Assembly: GCA_963677925.2 (NCBI GenBank)
Contig: CAXXYH010000003.1
Coordinates: forward strand, 1,792,001 to 1,856,000
Direction of reading: 5' to 3'
DNA: 64,000 nt
Source of the DNA: Spirochaetia bacterium
GTDB lineage: Bacteria; Spirochaetota; Spirochaetia; UBA9216
Shown: positions 1 through 9,596 of the stretch, piece by piece
How positions within the stretch are numbered: position 1 is the first letter of the stretch
Layout of the letters: every line of letters begins with the position of its first letter
Program-made: the position numbers and the translations under genes
The notes under the pieces: model-generated
Databases searched by the model: none
What the model was told of the DNA's origin: nothing
Seen by the model: only the letters and a program-made list of their open reading frames with translations

Positions 1-800
1 ATAACCTCATCATTTCCCGAAGCTTCCATCATCTTCATATCAACCCGGTAAGGTTCAAGAAGTTTTATTCTTTCTTCAAACTTATCCTCTTCCCCCATCG
101 AAACCCATACATCTGTATAGATTGCATCTGCATCCTTTACACCGGCTTTAATATCATCAGTAATAACTATTTCAGAACCGGTCTCCTTGGCAAGAAGCGA
201 GACCTCGTCAACCAGAGCCTTTTCAGGATACAGACTTGCGGGTGCCACAATAGTAAAATCCATACCGGTTTTTGCAGCACCTATCATCAATGAATTCGCT
301 ACATTGTTTCTGCCGTCACCGACAAAAACCAGCTTGCATGCAGACAGCGGCTTGGTACTGTTTTCCATTATCGTAAGAAAATCAGCAAGAACCTGTGTAG
401 GATGATAGAGATCGGTCAGCCCGTTCCATACCGGCACTCCTGAAAACCGAGCCAGCTGCTCTACAGTTTCCTGTTTATATCCCCGAAATTCAATACCGTC
501 ATAAAAGCGGCCCAGAACACGGGCGGTATCTTCAACAGATTCCTTCTTGCCCATCTGGCTGTTTGTAAGGAAGGTAACATTTCCGCCCTCATCAAAAGCA
601 GCAGTCTCAAAGGCACAGCGGGTTCTTGTTGATGTTTTTTCAAATATAAGACAGATATTTCTGCCTGACAGGAGGTTTCCTCTGATACCTGCACGCTTCT
701 TGTTCTTCAGATCTGCAGACAGATCAAGCAGGTAATTAATTTCTTCGGTACTGAAATCCTTTAGAGTCAGAAAAGACCTGCCCCTGATGTTGATTGCCAT
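1..800 (-). CDS. argF: Ornithine carbamoyltransferase (3' end outside the window)
   Basis: Manual translation from ATG at 800: [29 protein letters not shown] (carbamoyl-phosphate motif)..[36 protein letters not shown] upstream. Not in the ORF track because the stop lies outside the window. Confidence 0.95.
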   Translation of the reverse strand, partial: MAINIRGRSFLTLKDFSTEEINYLLDLSADLKNKKRAGIRGNLLSGRNICLIFEKTSTRTRCAFETAAFDEGGNVTFLTNSQMGKKESVEDTARVLGRFYDGIEFRGYKQETVEQLARFSGVPVWNGLTDLYHPTQVLADFLTIMENSTKPLSACKLVFVGDGRNNVANSLMIGAAKTGMDFTIVAPASLYPEKALVDEVSLLAKETGSEIVITDDIKAGVKDADAIYTDVWVSMGEEDKFEERIKLLEPYRVDMKMMEASGNDEV

Positions 801-918
801 AAAAACACTCCTATAAAACAAATTGCGTAATAAAAGGTAGTAAACCTGATTATATTGTAAAGAGGCCCCCAAAAGCAAGGTTATTGACTGCAGATAGATA
901 AAGTATTACCCTTCTCCA

Positions 919-1662
919 ATGACTATGAAATTAACAGATAAATCTACTTTTACAGCACTTTTTATACTTTTAGCTGTATTTTTCATTCTTCTCTCCGGGT
1001 GTTCTGTTCAGCAGCAGATAAGCCTTTCTCCGGACGGTTCAGGAACCGCAAAGATGGAGTCGGTTATTGACGATTCATTAATCTTTTACCTTGAGAGTCT
1101 TGCCGAATTAACCGGTGAAAGTACATCGGATGGGGAACTTTTCAACCTTGAAGAAATGAAACAGGGCATAGAAGTAAATCCCGGTGTCAGGGTAACCGGA
1201 ATGAGCAACGATGACAACCGTAAACTCTCGGTTTCCCTGGAGTTCGATGATATAGGCGCCCTTATCGAAGGTTCGACAGGAACTCTGAATAAACGGGCTA
1301 TTTCATTCACAAAAAACGGCAATGAAAGAACCATTTCCATCTACATTGACATCGACAATTTCAAGGATATTGCCCCCCTGTTTCCAGTAGTGGAGGATCC
1401 GCTTTTTGAAGCCTTCGGACCTATTTCAAATCAGGACACTGACGAAGAGGGATATCTTGAACTTATCGAATATGCACTTGGCGAGGGAGGCTCCGAACTG
1501 CTCTCAAAATCCTACATCACAACCGAAATAAAGGTAAAGGGAACCATCGTCTCACAGAAGGGCGGGACCCGGACAGGAGCAGATACTGTCAGCTTCAAAA
1601 TACCTCTTATCAGGGTCCTCCTGCTCGATAAACCGATAGACTATTCAATCACTTTCAAATAG
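919..1662 (+). CDS. Hypothetical lipoprotein
   Basis: Signal peptide with lipobox LSGC; 247 aa; TTGACT-17-TACCCT promoter upstream; followed by a terminator. Confidence 0.8.
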   Translation: MTMKLTDKSTFTALFILLAVFFILLSGCSVQQQISLSPDGSGTAKMESVIDDSLIFYLESLAELTGESTSDGELFNLEEMKQGIEVNPGVRVTGMSNDDNRKLSVSLEFDDIGALIEGSTGTLNKRAISFTKNGNERTISIYIDIDNFKDIAPLFPVVEDPLFEAFGPISNQDTDEEGYLELIEYALGEGGSELLSKSYITTEIKVKGTIVSQKGGTRTGADTVSFKIPLIRVLLLDKPIDYSITFK

Positions 1663-1663
1663 T

Positions 1664-1696
1664 AAAAAAAGGGCTGACTTCTTATGAGTCAGCCCC
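1664..1696. terminator. Intrinsic terminator between convergent genes
   Basis: A7-GGGCTGACT-tcttatg-AGTCAGCCC hairpin. Confidence 0.8.
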
Positions 1697-1714
1697 CATA
1701 TCTCTGCTTAACAG

Positions 1715-3919
1715 CTATTTGCTTACGGAAGCAAACTCAGCAGCTTTTTCACCTGCGATTTTGCCTGAGACAAAGGTCCAGGACTGAGCCTGTCCGGCCC
1801 ATGGTGTATATGCCTTTCCTGATGCATTGGTAACACCCTCCGAATCCTGCCCAACAGCAAAAAGATTCTCAATAACACTTCCGTCCTCTTTAAGAACATT
1901 CATGTTTTCATCGATATCGAGTCCTCCGACTGTCGCATAGGCATAACCGGCGGTTATTACTGCATAATATTCAGTATCTTCACCTCCGAGTGACCTGGCA
2001 AGCTCATCCGTATCGCAGCCGATAGCCGAAGCAAGCCCTGCAATACCGTCGGCCTTAATCACATTGCCGTAGCTTTCACCGACGGAAAGAATATCATAGA
2101 TGTCTGTTACCGGCACTCCGGTTGCAAACTCTCCACCCTGACCCATAAACATGGATGTAGCCTTTGCAAAACTGTCTCTAAGACCTGTCCGGGCAATCTC
2201 TGCAATTTCTTCTGCAGTATAAACAACATAATACTGATAACCGGGGGCAAAACATATTTCAACATTCAGCGCTTCATCCTGAGTACCGCTCTCATCGGTA
2301 TCACCCCAGATCTTTCCTTCAGTTGTTACACTCAGCTGATCGGTAGTAAGAGCCAGTGCAGAAAGGATTGCCTTCTGATTCGGGTTGAGATCGTTATTTT
2401 TGATCATATTCTTAACCTGTGAAATGTGAATCATTGGAAGGACATCCATATTCATGAGAGCGCCGCCTACTTCCTGAGCCATTCTGATTCCCGCACCGTT
2501 ATTAACTGTTACGCCAAGGGTGTTTACAGTGCTGCCAAGGTACTCCCTCATCATATGATCATTACCGATAAAACCGCCGGTAGCTATAATTACAGATTTT
2601 CCGTAGATATTGTATTTTGTTCCGTCATAGGAAGAACATCGCACACCTGTTACCTTTCCTGACTTATCGGTAATCAGCTTGTCGGCGGTCAGTTCAAGCA
2701 TGAAATCATTTTTAGCATTCAAGCCTTTTGCAATATCCATAGCCCTGTCAAACTGATAGGTTTTATTGGGTCCCAGTACATTCCAGGAGGTATTATCATT
2801 ATCTGCTGTATAAACACACCAGAGTTTATTCCATTCGGGCTTAACAAAGCTTCCCAGCATTCCGCCCAGACCTTCGAAGGCAAAACTGAACTTTTCTACG
2901 AAGAAATCCAGAGCAGAGCCAGATTCGTAAACAGCCTTTTTGATAACTTCAGGCTTTCCGTCATTTTCTACATAATCAATCCATGTTTCATAAACATCAT
3001 CTTCGTTAATGTAGTCTTTGCCGTCGTTGTAGAGATTTTTCAGATATTCAGAATTAAGAGCCATCGGCCCGTATGTACAGGCAGAATCACCGCCGAGTTT
3101 AGCGGCAGCCTCGATTCCGAACACTGACGCACCTTCAGACGCTGCTGAGCAGTAGGAGAGGATTCCCGATCCGCCAAGGCCTACAACTACTACATCGTAT
3201 CCCTTGAGATCAATCACTTCATTGCGCTTCTCAATTTCAGTATACCAGTCACTGCTTGCCCCGCCGGCCTGTTCAATTGCATCGGCAACACAGTCTCGAA
3301 CAGCATTGGATGAAAATGTTGCTCCGGTAACAGCATCAACTTCAAGTGACTGGTTCTCGAGTATTCTTGGAATATATTTATCAAGAACTGTATAAAACCA
3401 TTCACCGGTGAAGCTTTCATATTCTTCAACCACTTTAATATCAGTAATGGCATTATCAGCAAAGGTTACATCACAGGTCACCTGTCCGGTCCAGCTGAAT
3501 CCGGAAGCTGTAGCTGTATATGTACCGTCTGTTACAGGCATTTTCTCAGAAGGACCTGCAACAGCAGCCTTCGACAGGGCCTTTGACAGTGCCAGCTGCA
3601 CAGCCGACGATGTTGCGGATGCACCTGAAACTCCGTCAATTTCGGAGCTCTGAGCGTCCATAATCTGTTTAACAAGCGATTCAACAGCAGCCTGACCAAT
3701 GGCCTCTGTTTCACCAGAAAGATCAAGGTTGACAGCTGTTATGCTGTCTGCATCTACAGTAACCTCAACGGTTACTTCGCTTATTCCTTTAGCCGATGCA
3801 GAGTAAGTTCCGGGATTATATATTCCTGAGCTGTCTGTATCAACGCCTCCATTCCCTGCACAACCGGCCAGGGCTGCAATAACAGCAGCTGCCAGCAGCA
3901 GAACTCTAGTTAGTTTCAT
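1715..3919 (-). CDS. Lipoprotein with two FMN-binding domains and an FAD-binding (flavocytochrome c / fumarate-reductase superfamily) domain
   Basis: Lipobox LAGC; flavinylation motifs DGVSGAS and DAVTGAT; FAD motifs VVVGLGGSG, IIATGGF, TVGGLDIDE, NLFAVG. Confidence 0.85.
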   Translation of the reverse strand: MKLTRVLLLAAAVIAALAGCAGNGGVDTDSSGIYNPGTYSASAKGISEVTVEVTVDADSITAVNLDLSGETEAIGQAAVESLVKQIMDAQSSEIDGVSGASATSSAVQLALSKALSKAAVAGPSEKMPVTDGTYTATASGFSWTGQVTCDVTFADNAITDIKVVEEYESFTGEWFYTVLDKYIPRILENQSLEVDAVTGATFSSNAVRDCVADAIEQAGGASSDWYTEIEKRNEVIDLKGYDVVVVGLGGSGILSYCSAASEGASVFGIEAAAKLGGDSACTYGPMALNSEYLKNLYNDGKDYINEDDVYETWIDYVENDGKPEVIKKAVYESGSALDFFVEKFSFAFEGLGGMLGSFVKPEWNKLWCVYTADNDNTSWNVLGPNKTYQFDRAMDIAKGLNAKNDFMLELTADKLITDKSGKVTGVRCSSYDGTKYNIYGKSVIIATGGFIGNDHMMREYLGSTVNTLGVTVNNGAGIRMAQEVGGALMNMDVLPMIHISQVKNMIKNNDLNPNQKAILSALALTTDQLSVTTEGKIWGDTDESGTQDEALNVEICFAPGYQYYVVYTAEEIAEIARTGLRDSFAKATSMFMGQGGEFATGVPVTDIYDILSVGESYGNVIKADGIAGLASAIGCDTDELARSLGGEDTEYYAVITAGYAYATVGGLDIDENMNVLKEDGSVIENLFAVGQDSEGVTNASGKAYTPWAGQAQSWTFVSGKIAGEKAAEFASVSK

Positions 3920-4017
3920 TGAGTCTTCTCCTATAGTTAATTATTTATCAATAATACTATTAATGAATAAAAATGTAACTATTGAAGGCTTGGAATGAAG
4001 AGTTTTGGGAAGTAAAA

Positions 4018-4056
4018 ATAAAAAAAGGCTGACCGGAATCAAATCTCAGTCAGCCC
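4018..4056 (-). terminator. Terminator after secF
   Basis: GGCTGAC...GTCAGCC stem with adjacent A-run (U-tail on the minus strand). Confidence 0.7.
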
Positions 4057-4079
4057 CTCTATCATGTGCAGGAAAAGGA

Positions 4080-5414
4080 TTATTTTTTCTTCCTCTTTCC
4101 GCCTTTCTTTTTTCTTTCGAGATTAGGAATCTCAATTATCTTAGCTGAATCAGATTCTTCAGTTTCAGCAGATTCCTTTTTCTTAACCGTTTCGGAACTC
4201 ACTCCGTATTTCTGCTTATCCTTTGCAACCTTGCGGCTTCTTCGGCTGTTTATCCATCCAAGAAGGACCGGTGATGCAATGAAGATTGAAGAATATGTAC
4301 CTACAACAACACCGACTATCATAGCAAGAGCAAAGTCTTTAATCTGGCCGCTTGCAAAGATGTAGATTGCAAGAACAGCAAGAAGTGTAGTAAGCGATGT
4401 AATTATCGTTCTGCTGAGAGACTGTGTAATACTGGTATTAACAATAGTTTTAAGATCAGCATCTCTCATGAGATTTCTGTTTTCTCTGATTCGGTCAAAA
4501 ACAACGATAGTATCGTTGAGTGAGTAACCTACTATTGTAAGTACAGCAGCTACAGTTGCAGTAACAACTTCCATCTGTGTAAGACCGATGAATCCAAGCA
4601 TTATGAGCACGTCATGTGCAAGAGCTATAATGGCTGATACAGCAAAAGCAAGCTCAAACCTGAACCAGATGTAGATAAGAATAAGTGCAAGTGCAAGTGC
4701 AACAAGCAGGAATACCTGGTTTCCAAGGTCTGCTGAAAATCTGGGACCGACATAGTCGGACTGCTTCACGATTACAGAACCTGTTCCGTAAGCCTTCTCA
4801 AGAAGCTCGAGCACCTTATCGGAATAGACATTGCTGAAATCTTTTGTACCGTCATCCTGCAGGCGGATCAGGAACTCCTGATTGTCATCGCTTCCTACCA
4901 CCTGAATCTGCGGACTTCCTGTCTCAGCAAGAACCTCTCTGATTTCATCTATAGTTACCCAGCTGTCAGCACCTGCATTTGAGTAGTTTACATCTGCTTT
5001 CTCTTCAGAAAGGTCGATGAAATAGACAAATGAAAGTATCTTGTCAGCCGGAACATCAGCCTTCACAACATTTACTGTTACAGAAGGAACTTCAGACATC
5101 GCCTGTGCAAGATCACCGGATGTAGCGTAGTCAGCAAGCTGAAAAGCATAACTGTCGGTAGAACCGCTCTTGGTAAAGATATCAAAGGTAACTTCTTCAT
5201 TTAAGATGTTAAACCTTGCTTCTTCTTCACCGATATAGCTTACTTCCATAACAACAGGGGCAATCTGAATTCTCTGACTTAGTCCTGATTTGAAATCGAT
5301 ACCGAGGTTAAAACCTCCGTTTACAACTGTACCTGCAACACCTGCCAGGATCACCACAATTGAGACGGCGAACATGACGAAACGGATTTTTGTGAACTTA
5401 ATTACTCGTTTCAT
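4080..5414 (-). CDS. secF: Protein translocase subunit SecF
   Basis: LGIDFKSG, VGPRFS, ALAHDV, GYSLNDTIVVFDRIRE, GTYSSIFIA motifs. Confidence 0.97.
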   Translation of the reverse strand: MKRVIKFTKIRFVMFAVSIVVILAGVAGTVVNGGFNLGIDFKSGLSQRIQIAPVVMEVSYIGEEEARFNILNEEVTFDIFTKSGSTDSYAFQLADYATSGDLAQAMSEVPSVTVNVVKADVPADKILSFVYFIDLSEEKADVNYSNAGADSWVTIDEIREVLAETGSPQIQVVGSDDNQEFLIRLQDDGTKDFSNVYSDKVLELLEKAYGTGSVIVKQSDYVGPRFSADLGNQVFLLVALALALILIYIWFRFELAFAVSAIIALAHDVLIMLGFIGLTQMEVVTATVAAVLTIVGYSLNDTIVVFDRIRENRNLMRDADLKTIVNTSITQSLSRTIITSLTTLLAVLAIYIFASGQIKDFALAMIVGVVVGTYSSIFIASPVLLGWINSRRSRKVAKDKQKYGVSSETVKKKESAETEESDSAKIIEIPNLERKKKGGKRKKK

Positions 5415-7138
5415 TTTTTCCTCCAGCTGATGCTCAGCTTTTTCAAGTGTAGTTGCTGGATACTGAAATCAAATATCAGACGTGACACAAACAGAGCAGT
5501 GAACATTGAAGAAATAATACCTACAGCGAGCGTATAAGCAAAACCCTGAACAGGTCCGGTTCCTATCTGTGAAAGGAACAGAGCCGCAATGAGTGTTGTA
5601 AGGTTTGCATCCATAACAGTCCAGAAAGCCTTCTGAAAACCGGCTTTAACCGAAGCTGCAGGAGACTTGCCCAGTGCATATTCTTCCTTGATTCGCTCAA
5701 AAATAATTACATTCGCATCGACTGCCATACCGACAGTTAAAATCAGACCGGCAATACTTGTAAGAGTAAGGGTAAGATTAAGAACTGAAAGGATAGCGGT
5801 TATAATAAAAAGGTTCAGAACAAGTGCTATGTCAGCAACCAAACCGGCACCCTTGTAGTATATCAGCATGAACACGATAACAAGGAGAAAACCGTAGGTT
5901 ATAGCCTTGATACCTTCAGCAATAGAGTCTTCACCAAGTGAAGCACCGACTGCCTGCTGGTTTACTATAGTAAGTTCAACCGGCATTGCCGCTGTTCTTA
6001 AAACAAGTGACAGGTCATTTGCTTCCTGTCTTTCGAAACCGGTCATCTGAACGCCTTCCCTGATTGCTTCAGAGATTCTGGCACCAGCCTTGACCTTGTC
6101 GTCAAGAACAATAGCAAGAGTTTCACCGACATGTGAGGATGTAAGCTGGTAGAAAATCTCTCCGCCTTCCTTATCAAGGGTGAAGTTGATTACCGGACGT
6201 CCGGTAACTGCATGTGAACCAACCTGTGCGTCTACAATATGCAGACCGTCAAGGCCGGGTTCTTCAGTTATAACCATATCTCTCTGATACTGATCGACAC
6301 CGTATGAATCTTTAGTATAGTAACCTCTTACAACAAGACCTGCATCAAGAACGGTTTCATCAAGAGGATGCCCCGCGTCATCAAGAAGCTTGCCTGAGTG
6401 GCTTGCCTTGTATTCATTCCAGGCTGCTGTACCTTCATCGTTTACGATATGAAAACTCAGGCTGCCCTTACCCTTAAGGAAAGAATTAACCCTGTCAGGA
6501 TCTGCAGCACCGGGAATTTCAATTGCTATACCGGTATCACCCTGCTTTCGAATCTGCGGTTCAGTAACACCGAACTTATCGATTCGGTTGTTAAGAATCT
6601 CAATAGCCTGATCCACCGCTGATGACTGTTCATCTACGGTCGGAGTATGGCCGAGTCTTTCTGCAAGGCTGTCCATGTCAGCCTCAAGAAGGATGCTCAT
6701 ACCGCCTGAAAGGTCAAGACCAAGCTGCAGAACACTGTCCCTGTCATCCTTGTAACCAAGCAGAAGCTCTGCATAGTAGTTTTCAAGAACACTCAGGGCT
6801 TTATCCCTGTTTCGGAATACACCAAGAACATCGGTTACAGACCAGGCATCCGGTGCATCCTTCTCTTCAATTTTGTACTGTTCCTTTGCATAATCGACTA
6901 CAAAGTCGTATTTCTCAGGAACTGCTGCTTTCGGATCTTTGACAGCAAGTGACTGGAGGGTTTCCAGACCATTTTCTGCCATAGTTACCGAATATTCTCT
7001 TATCTGTTCTCTGGATGCTGCTGATAGATCTTTCATCTCCTGTGGAACATTGAAATACCAATTATAGGTAGGCCACAGGAAGACTCCGCACACCAGCACA
7101 ACCAGAATAACGATCAACAATCTGCCTCGTTTGCTCAT
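5411..7138 (-). CDS. secD: Protein translocase subunit SecD
   Basis: LGLDLSGG, RIDKFGVTEP, GMAVDANVIIFERIKEE, MDANLTT motifs. Confidence 0.97.
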   Translation of the reverse strand: MSKRGRLLIVILVVLVCGVFLWPTYNWYFNVPQEMKDLSAASREQIREYSVTMAENGLETLQSLAVKDPKAAVPEKYDFVVDYAKEQYKIEEKDAPDAWSVTDVLGVFRNRDKALSVLENYYAELLLGYKDDRDSVLQLGLDLSGGMSILLEADMDSLAERLGHTPTVDEQSSAVDQAIEILNNRIDKFGVTEPQIRKQGDTGIAIEIPGAADPDRVNSFLKGKGSLSFHIVNDEGTAAWNEYKASHSGKLLDDAGHPLDETVLDAGLVVRGYYTKDSYGVDQYQRDMVITEEPGLDGLHIVDAQVGSHAVTGRPVINFTLDKEGGEIFYQLTSSHVGETLAIVLDDKVKAGARISEAIREGVQMTGFERQEANDLSLVLRTAAMPVELTIVNQQAVGASLGEDSIAEGIKAITYGFLLVIVFMLIYYKGAGLVADIALVLNLFIITAILSVLNLTLTLTSIAGLILTVGMAVDANVIIFERIKEEYALGKSPAASVKAGFQKAFWTVMDANLTTLIAALFLSQIGTGPVQGFAYTLAVGIISSMFTALFVSRLIFDFSIQQLHLKKLSISWRKK

Positions 7139-7189
7139 TAATTAACTCCGATTGTGGATTAAATTTTGTTTAGAAAACAGTTTGAATGG

Positions 7190-7540
7190 TTAATTCTTTG
7201 TACTTACTTCGCTTACTTCAATAACTTCGCCAATGGCGCTTTTAGCAAATTCAAGTTTTGTATTGTCATCAACCTTTACGACAACTGTATTGTCGGTATC
7301 ATTCACATTGTGAACTACACCACGGATACCACCGATACTCTGTACCTTGTCACCCTTTTTAATGGCTGCAAGCATCTTCTTTGTTTCTTTCTGTTTCTTG
7401 TTCTGCGGTCTGATAATCAGAAAATAAAAGATCGCAATAACCAGACCGAAGGTAACAAAGGTAGTTGCCATTGACCCACCGCTTCCGCCGGAGCCACCGA
7501 AAAGCTGCATTATGGGCATGCTGCCCGTAATAATATTCAT
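7190..7540 (-). CDS. yajC: Preprotein translocase subunit YajC
   Basis: FYFLIIRPQNKKQK..KKGDKVQSIGGIRG; directly upstream of secD. Confidence 0.95.
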   Translation of the reverse strand: MNIITGSMPIMQLFGGSGGSGGSMATTFVTFGLVIAIFYFLIIRPQNKKQKETKKMLAAIKKGDKVQSIGGIRGVVHNVNDTDNTVVVKVDDNTKLEFAKSAIGEVIEVSEVSTKN

Positions 7541-7602
7541 CAGCTGAACCTTCCTCGATATTAATAGATTTGGACTAAAATAACACGTTTATAAAGCTGT
7601 AG

Positions 7603-8898
7603 TCAAGCTGGATTTACTGCCGCCTCAGCCCTGGAATCAGGAAGGAAAAGAGTAAAAACGACACCTCGTACGGGTTCACCGGCCTCGATGAACTGAGAAA
7701 CCCTTATCTCTCCACCGTGAAGGTTGATTATTTCTCTCGTGATTGAAAGACCCAGCCCGCTGCCGGGCGTTGTACGTCCGGAGTCGCCCCGGTAAAGTCT
7801 TGTAAAAATCAGTTCACGCTGCTGTGCAGGAATGTCAGGTCCGTTATTCGATATTTCTATCATTCCGGGGGCGGCACTTATCCGGACTTTTCCTCCGTCA
7901 TCTACAAACTTGACAGCATTAGAAAGAATATTTCCGACAGCCCTCAGAAGCAGAGGCTGATCGCCGTACAATTTTCCGGCTGTGATATCTTTTTCTATTG
8001 TAATACCCCGGCTGTCAGCCTCAATTTCATATGGAATTATCAGCTGAGAGATAAACTTATGGATATCAATATCTGTTTTATCAATATCACTGCGCGATTC
8101 AATAGCGGTAAGCTCACCTATCGATTCGGCAAGAGATTCAAGCCGTTTAACCTCAGACAGATGTCTTTCAAATCTCTCACCTGTAGGCTCAAGCACTCCG
8201 TCAATCATAGCCTCAAGCTGGGACTTCAGCCCTGCAAGAGGGGTCCGTAAATCATGAGACAGATCCCTAAGCCACTGCCGCTTGTAATCTTCCTGTCTGA
8301 ACAGAACTTCTGAGGTTTCAGACGTATCAACGGACATCTCGGCGAATTCGCTGATGTCAAATTCCCGTGCAGGCACAGTTTTAAGAGACCTGATGTCATG
8401 AATATCATGCCGCAGAATCCCGACCGGCTCGGACATCTTCCGGGAACTTAACCATGCGGCAAAAAAACCGATTACAAGCGAAATCACCACTGAAAGGCTT
8501 GTCAGAAATATAAGCGATACCAGAAAGATGCGGTTTGTCTGATTGTCGGCAAATCCGAGTTCCCCGGCATGAAAATATCCCAGCAGGGCGCCGTCTGCAT
8601 AAATCGGACTTATATCGCCGGTCAGTATCGAGCGGCCCTTACCGCGGTTTGAAAAAATCAGTTCCTTATCGATAGAAAATACAAAAAACGGGTTTGTCCC
8701 CGGAAGCTCAATTTCAGCTTCCGCAATCGAACCGCTTAATATTTCATAAGCTATTGTACGGTACTGCTCGACGCGGGCATTTTCATACCTGGAAAGAACC
8801 AGATTCAAACCGAGGATATAGATTATTATCTGGGTAGCAAAAAGAACTGCAAAGGCGATCATGAACCGTTTGAGTATCCATGAGAAAAAACTGGTCAT
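7603..8898 (-). CDS. Membrane sensor histidine kinase (BaeS/OmpR-partner type)
   Basis: Two TM segments; H-box SHDLRTPL; N-box NILSNAVKF; G2 box GSGLGL; ATGA overlap with the response regulator. Confidence 0.93.
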   Translation of the reverse strand: MTSFFSWILKRFMIAFAVLFATQIIIYILGLNLVLSRYENARVEQYRTIAYEILSGSIAEAEIELPGTNPFFVFSIDKELIFSNRGKGRSILTGDISPIYADGALLGYFHAGELGFADNQTNRIFLVSLIFLTSLSVVISLVIGFFAAWLSSRKMSEPVGILRHDIHDIRSLKTVPAREFDISEFAEMSVDTSETSEVLFRQEDYKRQWLRDLSHDLRTPLAGLKSQLEAMIDGVLEPTGERFERHLSEVKRLESLAESIGELTAIESRSDIDKTDIDIHKFISQLIIPYEIEADSRGITIEKDITAGKLYGDQPLLLRAVGNILSNAVKFVDDGGKVRISAAPGMIEISNNGPDIPAQQRELIFTRLYRGDSGRTTPGSGLGLSITREIINLHGGEIRVSQFIEAGEPVRGVVFTLFLPDSRAEAAVNPA

Positions 8899-9593
8899 AC
8901 TCTCCTGCCGTTAAACCGGAAACCGAAACCCCGAACCGTTTCAATCCAGCCGCCGTCACCCAGTTTGGCTCTGATATTCTTTACATGTGTATCGATAGTC
9001 CTCTCGGATCCTTCGGCTACCGAGTTGAGACAGTATTCAAGCAGCTGCACCCTGTTAAACACCTGCGGGGATTTTTCTGCCAGAAAGAGCAGAATATTCC
9101 ATTCCGCAGCGGTGAACAGAAGCGGAGTTCCGTCAAGAAGTATCCGGTGCTCATCCTCTACGATCTGAAGCCTTCCGCCATCCAGCTCATAACTGTGCAA
9201 TACATCGGCTGAGGACGGCGAGCCGCCGCTGCGTTTCAGGACAGCTTTCACCCTGAGAACAAGTTCTTTGGTTGAAAACGGCTTAACCACATAGTCATCG
9301 GCGCCAAGTTCAAGTCCGGTTATCCGGTCTGATTCCTGGTCACGTGCAGTAAGGAATATTATGGGGATGTCACGTTTTTCCTTTATTCGCTTTGCAAATA
9401 AAAAGCCGTCGCCGTCGGGAAGCATTACATCAAGCAGAATTAAATCGGGAGCCGCTCCGGCCGGAGAGTCAAGAAACTTCTCCGCCGGTTTAATTGCACC
9501 GTATTCTTCTACTTCATAGCCTTCAAGCTTCAGATAGCCGGCAGCGGCCTCACGAACATTTTCATTATCTTCAACAAGTAATATTTTTGCCAT
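8895..9593 (-). CDS. OmpR/PhoB-family response regulator
   Basis: LLVEDN, LLDVMLP, GADDYVVKPF, ERTIDTHVKNIRAKL, ETVRGFGF. Confidence 0.96.
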   Translation of the reverse strand: MAKILLVEDNENVREAAAGYLKLEGYEVEEYGAIKPAEKFLDSPAGAAPDLILLDVMLPDGDGFLFAKRIKEKRDIPIIFLTARDQESDRITGLELGADDYVVKPFSTKELVLRVKAVLKRSGGSPSSADVLHSYELDGGRLQIVEDEHRILLDGTPLLFTAAEWNILLFLAEKSPQVFNRVQLLEYCLNSVAEGSERTIDTHVKNIRAKLGDGGWIETVRGFGFRFNGRRV

Positions 9594-9596
9594 TAC

